Positions 1 through 9,416 of a stretch of DNA of 64,000 nt are shown here, piece by piece (position 1 is the stretch's first letter; every line of letters starts with the position of its first letter). The notes below the pieces were generated by a model. The model did not search any database, was not told the origin of the DNA, and saw nothing but the letters and a program-made list of their open reading frames with translations. A program made the position numbers and the translations under genes. The DNA is from Clostridia bacterium. GTDB taxonomy: Bacteria; Bacillota; Clostridia; Oscillospirales; CAG-382. Location: positions 130,113 to 194,112 of the forward strand of contig JAFRPL010000014.1 of the NCBI GenBank assembly GCA_017429165.1, given 5' to 3'.

Positions 1-1
1 G

Positions 2-670
2 AATATGTATCTCGACGTCGCAAAGCAGCTGAGCAAGGAAGCCGGCAGAGAGATACCCATAGAAGTCGCCAACGACGGCGACGTCACCGCGCTCGCCGGC
101 GCAATGGATCTCAACGACAACGAAGTACTGGGCGTGGCGATGGGCACTTCCGAGGCCGGCGGCTACGTGGACGCCAACGGCAACATCACCGGCTGGCTCA
201 ACGAGCTGGCGTTCGTGCCCGTGGACTTTTGCGAAAACGCGGCTGTCGACGAATGGTCCGGCGACTACGGCTGCGGAGTCAAGTATTTTTCGCAGGACGG
301 CGTGATCAAACTGGCTCCTCTCGCCGGGATCGAGATCGACGAATCGCTTTCGCCCGCCGAAAAACTCAAGGTCGTGCAGAAACTGATGGCTGAAGGCGAC
401 GAGCGCGCCAAGAAGATTTACGAAAACATAGGCGTGTATTTCGGCTACGGAATAGCGCTTTACGCCGAATTTTACGATATAAAACACGTGCTCATAATGG
501 GCCGCGTCACCAGCGGCGAAGGCGGCGTGCTGCTTCTGGGCAAGGCGCAGGAAGTTCTGGATAAAGAATTCCCCGAGCTTGCAAAACAGATCACGCTCCA
601 TATCCCCGACGAATCCTCGCGCCGCGTAGGTCAGTCGGTCGCCGCGGCGAGCCTGCCCGAGATAAAATAA
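2..670 (+). CDS. ASKHA-superfamily sugar kinase (ROK/glucokinase-like), C-terminal part; the 5' end lies outside the window
   Basis: The ORF is open to the left edge. The stretch ANDGDVTALAGAM...GVAMGTSEAGGYVD has the shape of the phosphate-2/adenosine region of ROK-like kinases. A terminator follows. This is a family-level call only. Confidence 0.45.
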   Translation, partial: NMYLDVAKQLSKEAGREIPIEVANDGDVTALAGAMDLNDNEVLGVAMGTSEAGGYVDANGNITGWLNELAFVPVDFCENAAVDEWSGDYGCGVKYFSQDGVIKLAPLAGIEIDESLSPAEKLKVVQKLMAEGDERAKKIYENIGVYFGYGIALYAEFYDIKHVLIMGRVTSGEGGVLLLGKAQEVLDKEFPELAKQITLHIPDESSRRVGQSVAAASLPEIK

Positions 671-687
671 GCGAATCATTTAAAAAT

Positions 688-719
688 ACCGCGTTCACAT
701 ACGTGAGCGCGGTTTTTTT
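688..719 (+). terminator. Rho-independent terminator
   Basis: Stem accgcgttcac / gtgagcgcggt (one G-T pair), loop atac, followed by a T7 run. Confidence 0.75.
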
Positions 720-730
720 CTCAAAAACCA

Positions 731-758
731 TTGACAAACGGGGGGGGAACGTTATACT
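731..758 (+). promoter_or_regulatory. SigA-type promoter with a G8 tract in the spacer
   Basis: TTGACA at 731-736, a 16-nt spacer aacGGGGGGGGaacgt, and TATACT at 753-758. It lies 50 nt upstream of the ATG at 809. Confidence 0.55.
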
Positions 759-808
759 GTTATTGCAGAATAGATTATTCATCAAAAAAAACAGAAGGAG
801 CGCTTGAT

Positions 809-1612
809 ATGAAAAAACTCATCACGTTATTATGCGTTTTGCTCGTTCTTGCCGTCTGTTCGGTCGAGGCGTTTGCGGAAAGCGAAAACGGGGCGGACCG
901 GCTCGGCGAATACAGCGCCGCCTCTGTCGGCGAAACGGTCCTGCAGCAGCTGAACGCCAAAGACGGCGACACCGTGTTGAAAACGTACAACTGCGGCGTG
1001 GTAATGACTTTCGGAAAATATCCTTCCGTTGAGGACGTACTGCTGAACGGCAGGTATCTTCAGATCATATACGCCGTAAAAAGAAAAGGCGCCGCTGAAA
1101 ACGACTGGAGCTTCTATTCTTATTATGACGGCGAGCTGGTCAGGATGTATGACAACGACTCTTCTTTTACGGGCGTCATACCGGTGCTCAAGTATTTGAA
1201 GGATGACGATTTTGTAAAAGAAACCACCGGCGCAAAAGTGGTAATAAACAAGTTTTTGTTCTTCAACCCCACGATGCACCAGGGCACGGCGATTTACTAT
1301 CAAACAGACAAGGGAGATTACGTTTATTACAACAGATCGAACACCGGCCGTTATCTGTTCACGTCGGAGCGGTTTTTTGCAATAGTTGGAGAAGCGTATT
1401 CCAAAATGGGACCCGACGTTCCCCCGGGAGGCGGGAACTATATGGAGACCGTCGATTTATCGGCATACGATGTCGATTCGCCCGATTTCAAGCTTGAATC
1501 GCAAAGCGGTTCAAGCGTGATAATATGGGTGGTAATCGCCTTGGCCGCGAGTGCTGCCGCGGCGGTCTTTGTGATACTTACGCTCAAAAAACGCAAGGCG
1601 AAAAACGCCTGA
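809..1612 (+). CDS. Hypothetical exported protein with an N-terminal signal peptide and a C-terminal TM anchor
   Basis: AAGGAG lies 8 nt upstream of the ATG at 809. N-terminus is MKKLITLLCVLLVLAVCSVEAFA. C-terminus is IIWVVIALAASAAAAVFVILTLKKRKAKNA. I recognise no domain. Confidence 0.7.
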   Translation: MKKLITLLCVLLVLAVCSVEAFAESENGADRLGEYSAASVGETVLQQLNAKDGDTVLKTYNCGVVMTFGKYPSVEDVLLNGRYLQIIYAVKRKGAAENDWSFYSYYDGELVRMYDNDSSFTGVIPVLKYLKDDDFVKETTGAKVVINKFLFFNPTMHQGTAIYYQTDKGDYVYYNRSNTGRYLFTSERFFAIVGEAYSKMGPDVPPGGGNYMETVDLSAYDVDSPDFKLESQSGSSVIIWVVIALAASAAAAVFVILTLKKRKAKNA

Positions 1613-1647
1613 GCCACCGGATAAACAAACGAATAAAATGAAACAGA

Positions 1648-1682
1648 CCCGCTGCGGGGCTTACCGCAGCGGGCCGTTTTTT
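1648..1682. terminator. Terminator hairpin between convergent genes
   Basis: Stem cccgctgcgg / ccgcagcggg, then ccgTTTTTT. It sits between the stop at 1612 (+) and the stop at 1713 (-). Confidence 0.75.
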
Positions 1683-1712
1683 GCGTTTCGCCTTATATCC
1701 GGTTTACGGAGT

Positions 1713-3359
1713 TCACTGGCCGTCGACGACGGGCGGGCTTTCTTCGGAGGTCTCGGGTTTTTCGGGAGCGGCGTATCCGAGCCCGCAGTATTCGCACGAG
1801 ACGCGGATGATGCATTCGTTGAGCGGTTCCACGTCGTATTCGCCCACGGAAGCTTCGATATGCGAATTGCCGTAGCCCGAATGATCGGTGAGGAATATAT
1901 AGGTCCCGCCGGTCATCACCGCGTAGCTGCGGAGCTGGACTTCGGTCTCTTTATCTATGCCCGAAGACGCCACGGGGATTATGCGCACGCCCTTCGCGGC
2001 GGCGTCGGTGAGCGTCTTGACGATCTGGGAGTTGATGCTCTGGATCTCGTCTTCGGTGTGAGGAGGAGCGTCGAGCACGAGGAAGCAGAGCTTGACGGCG
2101 TTTTCGCGCCAGGCGTGGCCGTTGACGGCGTTTTCGAGCGCGGTGTGCACCGCCTCGGGATAATCGCCGCCGCCTTCGGAACGCTGCGCTTTGATCTGTT
2201 TGAGGCATTCTTCGATATCGGAGCGGAAATCGAAATATTTGACTATATAATCGTCGCCTTCGTCGCGGTAGAAGTTGACCGAAACGCGGATCGAAAGCGC
2301 CTGGCCGTTTTCGGCTATGCGGCTTATTACGTTGGCGAGTTCGATCTTGAGGTATTCGAGTTCGTCGCCCATACTGCCGGTGGTGTCGACCATGAGCATA
2401 AAGTCGAGCTCTTTAATTTCGGCGGACGCGGAATCGGTTTCGATTTCCACGCATTTGCCGCAGTCGGCGGAGGTGACTTCGAAGGTCTTGCCGCAGGCTC
2501 TGACCGCCGCCAGGGACTGTTTTTCTTTTTCGGGATATACGAGATACGCTCTGCCGTCGATATCCGTCACGGCGGCGAATATGACGTCGCCGGAGCGCGA
2601 AACGAGTTCGGCTTTGGCGCCGTAAACCGAAGAATCGCCGTTTTTGACGCAGACTTCTATTACGTTATAGGCGAAAAGTCCGCGGCGTTCGGAATACTGC
2701 ATCCAACTATCTTCTTCCGCAAACTTTTTGATCCATTCGCCAAGCTTGCGCACGTCGCGCCATTCGCCCGCGGTGAGCGTGCCGGCGCGGAACTGTTCGT
2801 CAAAACCGGGTATTTCTTCCCAGTCGACGCCGTCGACCGGGTAACCGGTCTCGTAATAAGTTTTTCCGTCGGCGGTGTGGTAATACGTCTTGCCGGTGCC
2901 CGAGGGAACGACGTAGCCGATTTCCGGATCATAAACGCCTGTCGGCGACTCTTCCGCCCATTCCGTGCCGGAATGCTCGCGGCCGCCGATAGTGCCGTCG
3001 GAATAAGAAGGATCGCCCGGAACGGTCTCGATCACGTCGTCTTTCGAACCGTGTTCGGTACCGTTTTCGGTATTTCCGCCTATGACGCCGTCGTTATACG
3101 GAACGCTCGTTTCGGTCCGGCTTACGCCGTCGACGACGCCATCCGTAACGCCGCGCCTGAGCGCGAACGCGCCTATAACGCCCGCTGCAAGCACGCATAT
3201 AACGAGCATTGCCGCCAGTGCCGGGCGGAAACCGCCGCGCTTTACGGGGTTCCTGCGCGGCTCCGCCGGCGCTTCGAGCGCGGCGCCGGGAAGCACGCGT
3301 TCTTTTTCGGGGACATTGAGCCCTTCGTATGAATTTTTGATTTTTCTTTTGATACCCAT
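1713..3359 (-). CDS. Single-pass membrane protein with an extracytoplasmic von Willebrand factor A (vWA) domain; it occupies the anti-sigma position
   Basis: ATG at 3359 with AAGGAG upstream. TM is ALAAMLVICVLAAGVIGAFAL. MIDAS-like motif is MLMVDTTGSMGDE...GGGDYPEAV...LVLDAPPH. It lies immediately downstream of the ECF sigma gene. Confidence 0.8.
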   Translation of the reverse strand: MGIKRKIKNSYEGLNVPEKERVLPGAALEAPAEPRRNPVKRGGFRPALAAMLVICVLAAGVIGAFALRRGVTDGVVDGVSRTETSVPYNDGVIGGNTENGTEHGSKDDVIETVPGDPSYSDGTIGGREHSGTEWAEESPTGVYDPEIGYVVPSGTGKTYYHTADGKTYYETGYPVDGVDWEEIPGFDEQFRAGTLTAGEWRDVRKLGEWIKKFAEEDSWMQYSERRGLFAYNVIEVCVKNGDSSVYGAKAELVSRSGDVIFAAVTDIDGRAYLVYPEKEKQSLAAVRACGKTFEVTSADCGKCVEIETDSASAEIKELDFMLMVDTTGSMGDELEYLKIELANVISRIAENGQALSIRVSVNFYRDEGDDYIVKYFDFRSDIEECLKQIKAQRSEGGGDYPEAVHTALENAVNGHAWRENAVKLCFLVLDAPPHTEDEIQSINSQIVKTLTDAAAKGVRIIPVASSGIDKETEVQLRSYAVMTGGTYIFLTDHSGYGNSHIEASVGEYDVEPLNECIIRVSCEYCGLGYAAPEKPETSEESPPVVDGQ

Positions 3360-3381
3360 AACGCTTTTCTCCTTTTTCAGA

Positions 3382-3906
3382 TCAACGGTATTCGGATTTG
3401 AGTTTTTGAAGCGCGCGCTTGTATTTTTTGCGCACGGCTTCGGCGGTGAGCCCCAGAGTTTCACCTATTTCGGCGTACCTGAAACCTTCGGCGGTTTTGA
3501 GCGTCACTATCTGCCGTTCTGTCTCCGGCAGGGACGAAAGCAGGTCTTTCAGCTCGCATTCGGCGGTGAAATCGCCCTCTTCCGCAACGATCGCCTGGCT
3601 TTCTTCCACGGGGACGTTTCTGAGCCTTTGGGCCTGGATATCCAACGCGGCGTTGCGGGCGATCGCCATGACCCACGCGCGTGCGTTGCCCTTTTCGTCA
3701 AAGCTCGCTGCGTGCCGCGCCACTTTGAGAAAAGTGTCCTGCATGGCGTCTTCGGCGTCGGCGCGGTTATTAAGTATGGTAAGCGCCAGCGCGTAGATCT
3801 GTCTGCCGAGCTGTTCGTAAAGCACGTCAAGACGCTGCATATTCCCCTGCGAAATTTCGGTTATCGCCTTTGCGCACAAGGCGTTCGCCGAAAAGATCGG
3901 CTGCAT
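3382..3906 (-). CDS. ECF-type RNA polymerase sigma-70 family factor
   Basis: Region 2-like DAEDAMQDTFLKV...ARAWVMAIARNAALD and region 4-like LPETERQIVTLKTAEGFRYAEIGETLGLTAEAVRKKYKRALQKL. Start chosen at the ATG at 3906, which has GGGGTGAG upstream. Confidence 0.85.
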   Translation of the reverse strand: MQPIFSANALCAKAITEISQGNMQRLDVLYEQLGRQIYALALTILNNRADAEDAMQDTFLKVARHAASFDEKGNARAWVMAIARNAALDIQAQRLRNVPVEESQAIVAEEGDFTAECELKDLLSSLPETERQIVTLKTAEGFRYAEIGETLGLTAEAVRKKYKRALQKLKSEYR

Positions 3907-4018
3907 GGACTCACCCCGTTTCAGGTCTTTCGTAATATAATACCGCGAAAAAAGGAAAAAGCGGACAAAAAATTTTGTTCCGCTTGAAATTTTATCATAT
4001 TTTTTCGGATTTGTCAAA

Positions 4019-5014
4019 TCAGGAAAAGCATTCCGCCATCGCGCGGGCGAGCAGGCGCGCGCTTTCTTCGGCTTCTTCGAGCGTGTTCCCCTGCGAACCG
4101 ACCTCGATTATCAGCGCGCCGGGCGAGATATCCTGGTTGAACGAGGCCGAGCGCAGATATATCGGGCGCACCAGCGACGGCGATATGGCGTACAGCGCTT
4201 TCCACAGTTTGACCGCGTTGGCGAGATTGGTCTTCCAGCCCGTGTGTCTTCCCGCTTTTTCGTCGGTGCCCACGACTATCATTATTTGCGCGGCGCGTCT
4301 GCCTTCCACCACGGCGACCGCCGCCGCGGCGAGTCCGCCGCTTTTGACGCTGTCGCGGTGGATATCTATTATGTACCGCAGCGTGGAATATTTTTTCATC
4401 CATTCCTCGCACGCATCGCGGCTTTTGGAATACGCCGCCGAAAAATCGTCTTTGTCGTACATATTAAGATCGTGCAGCGCGAACACGCCGTATTCGCGCA
4501 AGGCGTCGCACAGCGCTTCGCCGGCGGCGACCACGTTTTCGGCCACGTCTTCGCTGCGGAACGAATACGAGCCGCCGTATCCGCCGGAAGGCGAATAGCT
4601 TTCGGTCCCGTGGGTGTGGTATACCAAGACCGTGGGCGGAGTCCCGCGGATTTCGCCTTCGGTGCGCGGCAGCTCCGCTTTGGAAAGGTCTAACTTATAG
4701 CTTGTCTCGTTTTGCAGCGTGACTTCACCGGACGAACGCCGGCTAAGATCCAGACTCACCGGCAGAAACAGCCCGCCGCTTTCTTCGGACGCCGCCGTCT
4801 CTTCGGAAGGAGCGCTTTCGCTTTCTTCCGGCGCGGGCGCGGAAGGCGCCCGATACGAATACGAGGGCTTTATGACGCCCAGTTTTTCGAGCCGCTCGGG
4901 GGTATCCTCCGGCAGCAGGCTCACCAGATACGCCGCGCCGAACATAAGCCCCAGCAGCGCCAGCGCCCCGGCGCAGCATATGCCGAAATACGCGAATATT
5001 TTACGTTCCGCCAT
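4019..5014 (-). CDS. spoIIP: Stage II sporulation protein P
   Basis: N-terminal TM, the VLVYHTHGTESY motif typical of SpoIIP, and the conserved gpr-spoIIP gene order. Confidence 0.85.
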   Translation of the reverse strand: MAERKIFAYFGICCAGALALLGLMFGAAYLVSLLPEDTPERLEKLGVIKPSYSYRAPSAPAPEESESAPSEETAASEESGGLFLPVSLDLSRRSSGEVTLQNETSYKLDLSKAELPRTEGEIRGTPPTVLVYHTHGTESYSPSGGYGGSYSFRSEDVAENVVAAGEALCDALREYGVFALHDLNMYDKDDFSAAYSKSRDACEEWMKKYSTLRYIIDIHRDSVKSGGLAAAAVAVVEGRRAAQIMIVVGTDEKAGRHTGWKTNLANAVKLWKALYAISPSLVRPIYLRSASFNQDISPGALIIEVGSQGNTLEEAEESARLLARAMAECFS

Positions 5015-5045
5015 TCTTATCACCCGCAATGAATATATGCCGCGG

Positions 5046-5933
5046 CTAAGCGGTGTATTCCTGCATTTCGGCGAGCGTGAGCCCGCGGTGGACCGCGAGA
5101 TTCACCGCGTCGGCGAGAAAGCGCGATATCTTTTCGGTCATAACGTCGCATTCCTTGGGCGAAACGAACATCCTGCCTCCGGTCTCGAACACCGCGCGCT
5201 CGGTGGCTTCGTCCATACGGCCGCCGGCCTGTTCCAGCAGATCGTACGCCAGAGTGGCCGCGTCCACGACTGTGGGAACTCCCACCGCTATGACGGGGAT
5301 CCCCAGAGTCTGCCTGTCGAGCCCGCGGCGGTCGTTATAAACGCCCGAACCGGGCGAGATGCCCGAATCGGTGATCTGTACCGTTGTGCCTAGCCGCGCC
5401 AGTTTACGCGACGCGAGCGCGTCGATGACTATGACGCACGAAGCGCCGCAGCTTTTTGCGGCGCACCGCACGAGCTCGCTGCTTTCTATCCCCGTCTGCC
5501 CCAGCACCCCGGGCGCGAACGCCGCCAGATCCCCGAAACCGGCGCCGGCGAAAAGCGCGGGATCAGAACCCTTTATATGCCTGGTGACGAGCATCTTCGA
5601 AACGGCGCGCGGTCCTATGGCGTCGCCGGTAATGGAACCGTTCCCCAGCCCCGCCGCGAGCACGCAGCTTTTTTCGCCTCCGGCGGGCATGGCGCGCATA
5701 ATGAGCTCCGCAGTGACCGCCGCCGCGCGTTCGAACTCTTCCCTGCCGCATTCCCAGATCCTGCCTATATCGGCGGTCATATACACGCCGGCGCGCTTTC
5801 CGCTTTTTGCGTCGTCGTGCGCGAGCGTGACCGTGGCGATCTCTACGCCCTTTGAAATTTGCTTTGTCGAGCTGCACCCCGGCAGACCGTTTTCGGCAAG
5901 CTCGCTCGCCAGATCCGTGCGTACGGCGAACAT
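5046..5933 (-). CDS. gpr: Spore germination protease GPR
   Basis: N-terminus MFAVRTDLASELAE and the motif GIPVIAVGVPTVVDA. AGAGGGG RBS upstream of the ATG at 5933. Adjacent to spoIIP. Confidence 0.85.
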   Translation of the reverse strand: MFAVRTDLASELAENGLPGCSSTKQISKGVEIATVTLAHDDAKSGKRAGVYMTADIGRIWECGREEFERAAAVTAELIMRAMPAGGEKSCVLAAGLGNGSITGDAIGPRAVSKMLVTRHIKGSDPALFAGAGFGDLAAFAPGVLGQTGIESSELVRCAAKSCGASCVIVIDALASRKLARLGTTVQITDSGISPGSGVYNDRRGLDRQTLGIPVIAVGVPTVVDAATLAYDLLEQAGGRMDEATERAVFETGGRMFVSPKECDVMTEKISRFLADAVNLAVHRGLTLAEMQEYTA

Positions 5934-6042
5934 CAAAACACCCCTCTTTGTACGTTATTATTCGCACTCACGCCGCAAAAAATGCAAAAAGCTCTTGTAT
6001 TCGCGGCAAAAATATGTATAATGCTATTTGGGAGTTTGTATT

Positions 6043-6798
6043 ATGAAAAAGACAGACGGTTTCGGCATTATCGCCGCAAAATACGATATATACAACAGCG
6101 CCGATTACGACGCCTACGTTTCGTTCGTGCTCAAGGCGTTTGAAGAGGCGGATATCCCCGTGACCGAGGTGCTCGACCTGGGCTGCGGCACCGGCGAACT
6201 TTCGGTGCGGCTGGCAGACGCCGGCAAGAGCGTCACCGCCGCCGATATTTCGGAAGATATGCTTTCGGTGCTCGTTTCAAAATCCGCCGGACGCGATATC
6301 CAGCCCGTTCGCCAGGATATGCGCGGTCTTGACCTGTTCGGCACCGTGCAGGGGTGCGTTTCGGCGTTTGACTGCCTGAACTATCTGCTCACGGCGAAAG
6401 ACCTTGAAAAAGCGATGAGTTCGGTGGGGTTCTTTATGGAAAAAGGCGGCGTGTTCGTCTTTGACGTCAATACCGAATACGCCTACTCATGTATATACGA
6501 CGGCAAAAGCTACGTTTACGAGACCGAGGACAGCATGCTCGTATGGCAGAGCGGATACGATGCGAACACGCGCAGATGCCGCTTTTATCTGACTTCGTTC
6601 GACGAAACGGAAGGCGGGCTTTATTTGCGGCGCGACTGCGTGCACGCGCAGAAATTCCACCCGCACCGCACGATCTCCGCGGCGGCAAAGCGCGCCGGGT
6701 TCGATATTCTGGGAGTCTACGGCACGCCCGGATTCACGGCGCCGGAAAAAACGAGCGCCAAGAATTATTACGTCCTTAAGAAAAACAGGAGCTTGTGA
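6043..6798 (+). CDS. Class I SAM-dependent methyltransferase
   Basis: Motif I VLDLGCGTGELSVRLA followed by an acidic residue (AADIS). Typical size (251 aa). Confidence 0.8.
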   Translation: MKKTDGFGIIAAKYDIYNSADYDAYVSFVLKAFEEADIPVTEVLDLGCGTGELSVRLADAGKSVTAADISEDMLSVLVSKSAGRDIQPVRQDMRGLDLFGTVQGCVSAFDCLNYLLTAKDLEKAMSSVGFFMEKGGVFVFDVNTEYAYSCIYDGKSYVYETEDSMLVWQSGYDANTRRCRFYLTSFDETEGGLYLRRDCVHAQKFHPHRTISAAAKRAGFDILGVYGTPGFTAPEKTSAKNYYVLKKNRSL

Positions 6799-7670
6799 TG
6801 GCAAAGATACTGAGAGCTATGACGCGCGACGGCAGCGCGAGGATACTTGCCGAAAATTCCGCCGACATAGTAAACGAGGCGATACGGATACACGATACGT
6901 TCCCGGTCTGCACGGCGGCGCTGGGGCGCACGCTGACGGCTGCTTCTATGCTCGGCTCGCTTTTAGGCGAAGACGAGGACGCGCTGACCGTGAGCTTCCG
7001 CGGCGACGGGCCCGCGGGCAGGATAGTCGTTTCGGCCGACTGGAAAGGCAACGTACGCGGATACGTTCAGAACCCGCACGTGGACATACCGCTCAAGCCC
7101 AACGGCAAACTTGACGTTTCGGGCGCGGTAGGTAAAGGGCAGATGTATATCTTACGCGACGCGGGCGGCAGCGAACCGTACGTGGGCATAGCCGACATAG
7201 TGAGCGGCGAGATAGCCGAAGACATAGCTTCGTACTACGCGAAAAGCGAGCAGATACCCACGCTGTGCTCGCTGGGCGTGCTGGTGGGCACCGGCTGCAA
7301 ATGCCTGTGCGCGGGCGGCGTGCTGATACAGCTGCTGCCGTTCGCCGACGACGCGGTGGCGCAGAGGCTTGAAGAAAACGCTTCACGTCTGCCGGGTGTG
7401 ACCAAACTGCTTTCGGAGCACACGCTCGAAGAGACGCTCGGCATGTTCCTCGAAGGCGTCGAATACGACGTTTTCGATTCGATGGAATGCGCCTATGAGT
7501 GCAAGTGCAGCCGCGCCAAGACCGACGCCGCTTTGCGGGCTTTGGGCAAGGAAGAACTTTTGAAAATGGCGGATTCGGACGAAAAGGCCGAGATCTCGTG
7601 CCAATTCTGCGATAAAAAATACGTATATTCGAGATCCGAGATAAAGAAAATAGCGGAGGGATTAAAATGA
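6798..7670 (+). CDS. hslO: Redox-regulated chaperone Hsp33
   Basis: C-terminal zinc centre CKCSRAK...CQFCDKKY and an Hsp33-like N-terminal region (RAMTRDGSARILA...). AGGAG lies 7 nt upstream. Confidence 0.85.
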   Translation: MAKILRAMTRDGSARILAENSADIVNEAIRIHDTFPVCTAALGRTLTAASMLGSLLGEDEDALTVSFRGDGPAGRIVVSADWKGNVRGYVQNPHVDIPLKPNGKLDVSGAVGKGQMYILRDAGGSEPYVGIADIVSGEIAEDIASYYAKSEQIPTLCSLGVLVGTGCKCLCAGGVLIQLLPFADDAVAQRLEENASRLPGVTKLLSEHTLEETLGMFLEGVEYDVFDSMECAYECKCSRAKTDAALRALGKEELLKMADSDEKAEISCQFCDKKYVYSRSEIKKIAEGLK

Positions 7671-8737
7671 CAAAAGGCAGAAAAGTTTACGAAAAAATAC
7701 GTTCCGTCGCCGATGCGGCGCTGTTCTTCGACGACGTCTGTATGTACTGGGCGACCGGATTCTATTCCACCGACGGCGTAGTCATCGTCGACCGCGAAGC
7801 CACCAAACTCTGCGTGGATTCGCGTTATTACGAGGCCGCCTGCAACGCCAAAGAAAACGGCGGTCTGTTTGACGACGTGGAAGTGATATTGCTGGACAAA
7901 GGCGTTATTGACGCGGTGAACGCCAACGCCAAAGGCGAAACTTACGCGGTGGATTCAGAACTTGTGACCGTGGCGCGTCTGGAACGTCTCAAAAAGGCGT
8001 TTGAAGGCAAAACCGTAATAACGCAGGAAAATATATGCAAAGCCCTGCGCATGATAAAGACGCCCGACGAGATTAAAAAAATAAAGACCGCGCAGGCGAT
8101 AACCGACGCGGCTTTTGAACACATAACCGGGTTCATACGCAAGGGGCTCACCGAAAAACGCATAGCCGCCGAACTGGAATTCTTTGTAAAGAGCAACGGC
8201 GGCGACAATATGTCGTTCGACACGATATGCGTTTCGGGCCCGAACTCTTCGCTGCCCCACGGAGTGCCCGGCGACGCGGAAATATGCGAAAATTCGTTTT
8301 TGACCATGGATTTCGGCGTTAAATACAAGGGATATTGTTCTGATATGACTCGCACCGTGGTGTTAGGCAAAGCGACGGATGAGATGAAACACGTTTACGG
8401 TACGGTGCTCGAAGCCCAGCTTGCGGGCATCGCCGCCGCCAAAGGCGGGATCAGCGGAAGCGCGATCGACGCCGCCGCGCGCGATATAATAAAGGCGGCA
8501 GGCTACGGCAGGTATTTCGGCCACGGGCTGGGACATTCCGTGGGCATAGAGATCCACGAAGACCCCAGATTTTCGCCCAAATACGAAAAGAACGTGCCCG
8601 CCGGTTCGGTGATGACGGTGGAACCCGGCATTTATCTGCCCGGCAGATTCGGCGTGCGCATCGAAGACATGGTGTACGTCACCGAAAACGGGTGCGAGGT
8701 TTTGACAAATTCGCCCAAAAATCTTATTGAACTGTGA
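7667..8737 (+). CDS. M24 family Xaa-Pro aminopeptidase/dipeptidase
   Basis: Pita-bread metal ligands are in context: DFGVKYKGYCSDMTRT, HGLGHSVGIEIHE, VEPGIY, RIED. The start overlaps the hslO stop. Confidence 0.85.
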   Translation: MTKGRKVYEKIRSVADAALFFDDVCMYWATGFYSTDGVVIVDREATKLCVDSRYYEAACNAKENGGLFDDVEVILLDKGVIDAVNANAKGETYAVDSELVTVARLERLKKAFEGKTVITQENICKALRMIKTPDEIKKIKTAQAITDAAFEHITGFIRKGLTEKRIAAELEFFVKSNGGDNMSFDTICVSGPNSSLPHGVPGDAEICENSFLTMDFGVKYKGYCSDMTRTVVLGKATDEMKHVYGTVLEAQLAGIAAAKGGISGSAIDAAARDIIKAAGYGRYFGHGLGHSVGIEIHEDPRFSPKYEKNVPAGSVMTVEPGIYLPGRFGVRIEDMVYVTENGCEVLTNSPKNLIEL

Positions 8738-8755
8738 TTTATTTCAAAAAAAGCA

Positions 8756-8784
8756 TTGACAAAACAGAATATTTGCGTTAAAAT
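8756..8784 (+). promoter_or_regulatory. SigA-type promoter of efp
   Basis: TTGACA at 8756-8761, a 17-nt spacer, TAAAAT at 8779-8784. Confidence 0.65.
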
Positions 8785-8820
8785 TTGCATAGTATTGAAC
8801 CAAGAAAGGAAAATCTGTAT

Positions 8821-9378
8821 ATGGTAACAGCAGGCGATTTCAGAAACGGCCTCACCTTTGAAATGGATGGCAACGTAATGCAGGTCATCGAATTTCAGCA
8901 CGTAAAACCCGGCAAAGGCGCCGCTTTTGTCAGAACCAAAATGCGCAATCTTATAACCGGCGCAGTCGTTGAACAGGCGTTCAACCCCACCGCAAAATTC
9001 CCCGCCGCGCAGGTCGAAAGAAAAGACATGCAGTACAGTTACGCCGACGGCGATCTGTATTACTTTATGGATATGGAGACTTACGATCAGGTCCCGCTCA
9101 ACAGCTCTCAGCTGCCCGACTCGTTCAAATTCGTCAAAGAAGGCGATATGTGCCGTCTTGTATCCTATAAAGGCAACGTGTTCTCGGTCGAACCCCCCAC
9201 GTTCGTCGAACTCGAGATCACCAAAGCGGAACCCGGCGTGAGAGGCAACACCGCCACCAACGTCACCAAGATCGCCGAAGTCGAGACCGGCGCGGAGATC
9301 AAAGTGCCCATGTTCATCAACGAAGGCGACGTAATAAGAATAGACACACGTACCGGCGAATATCTCGAAAGAGTATGA
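8821..9378 (+). CDS. efp: Elongation factor P
   Basis: N-terminus [44 protein letters not shown] is a canonical EF-P N-terminus. 185 aa. Confidence 0.95.
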   Translation: MVTAGDFRNGLTFEMDGNVMQVIEFQHVKPGKGAAFVRTKMRNLITGAVVEQAFNPTAKFPAAQVERKDMQYSYADGDLYYFMDMETYDQVPLNSSQLPDSFKFVKEGDMCRLVSYKGNVFSVEPPTFVELEITKAEPGVRGNTATNVTKIAEVETGAEIKVPMFINEGDVIRIDTRTGEYLERV

Positions 9379-9416
9379 CGCTGCCCGTATAAAACGAACG
9401 GGAGAAAGGAAACAAA

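Noticed and set aside
1638-3332. A long 564-aa ORF antisense to the vWA gene. Similar long antisense ORFs occur at 10785-12089, 12431-13882, 17597-18883, 24725-26203, 33773-35236, 38998-41517, 42724-43875, 46043-46969 and 54935-55801.
   Set aside because: These are shadow ORFs, typical of G+C-rich coding DNA. They lie fully inside genes with strong family motifs on the other strand. Their translations are Arg/Gly/Ala/His/Phe-rich low-complexity sequence with no recognisable domains, and they lack RBS/start context.
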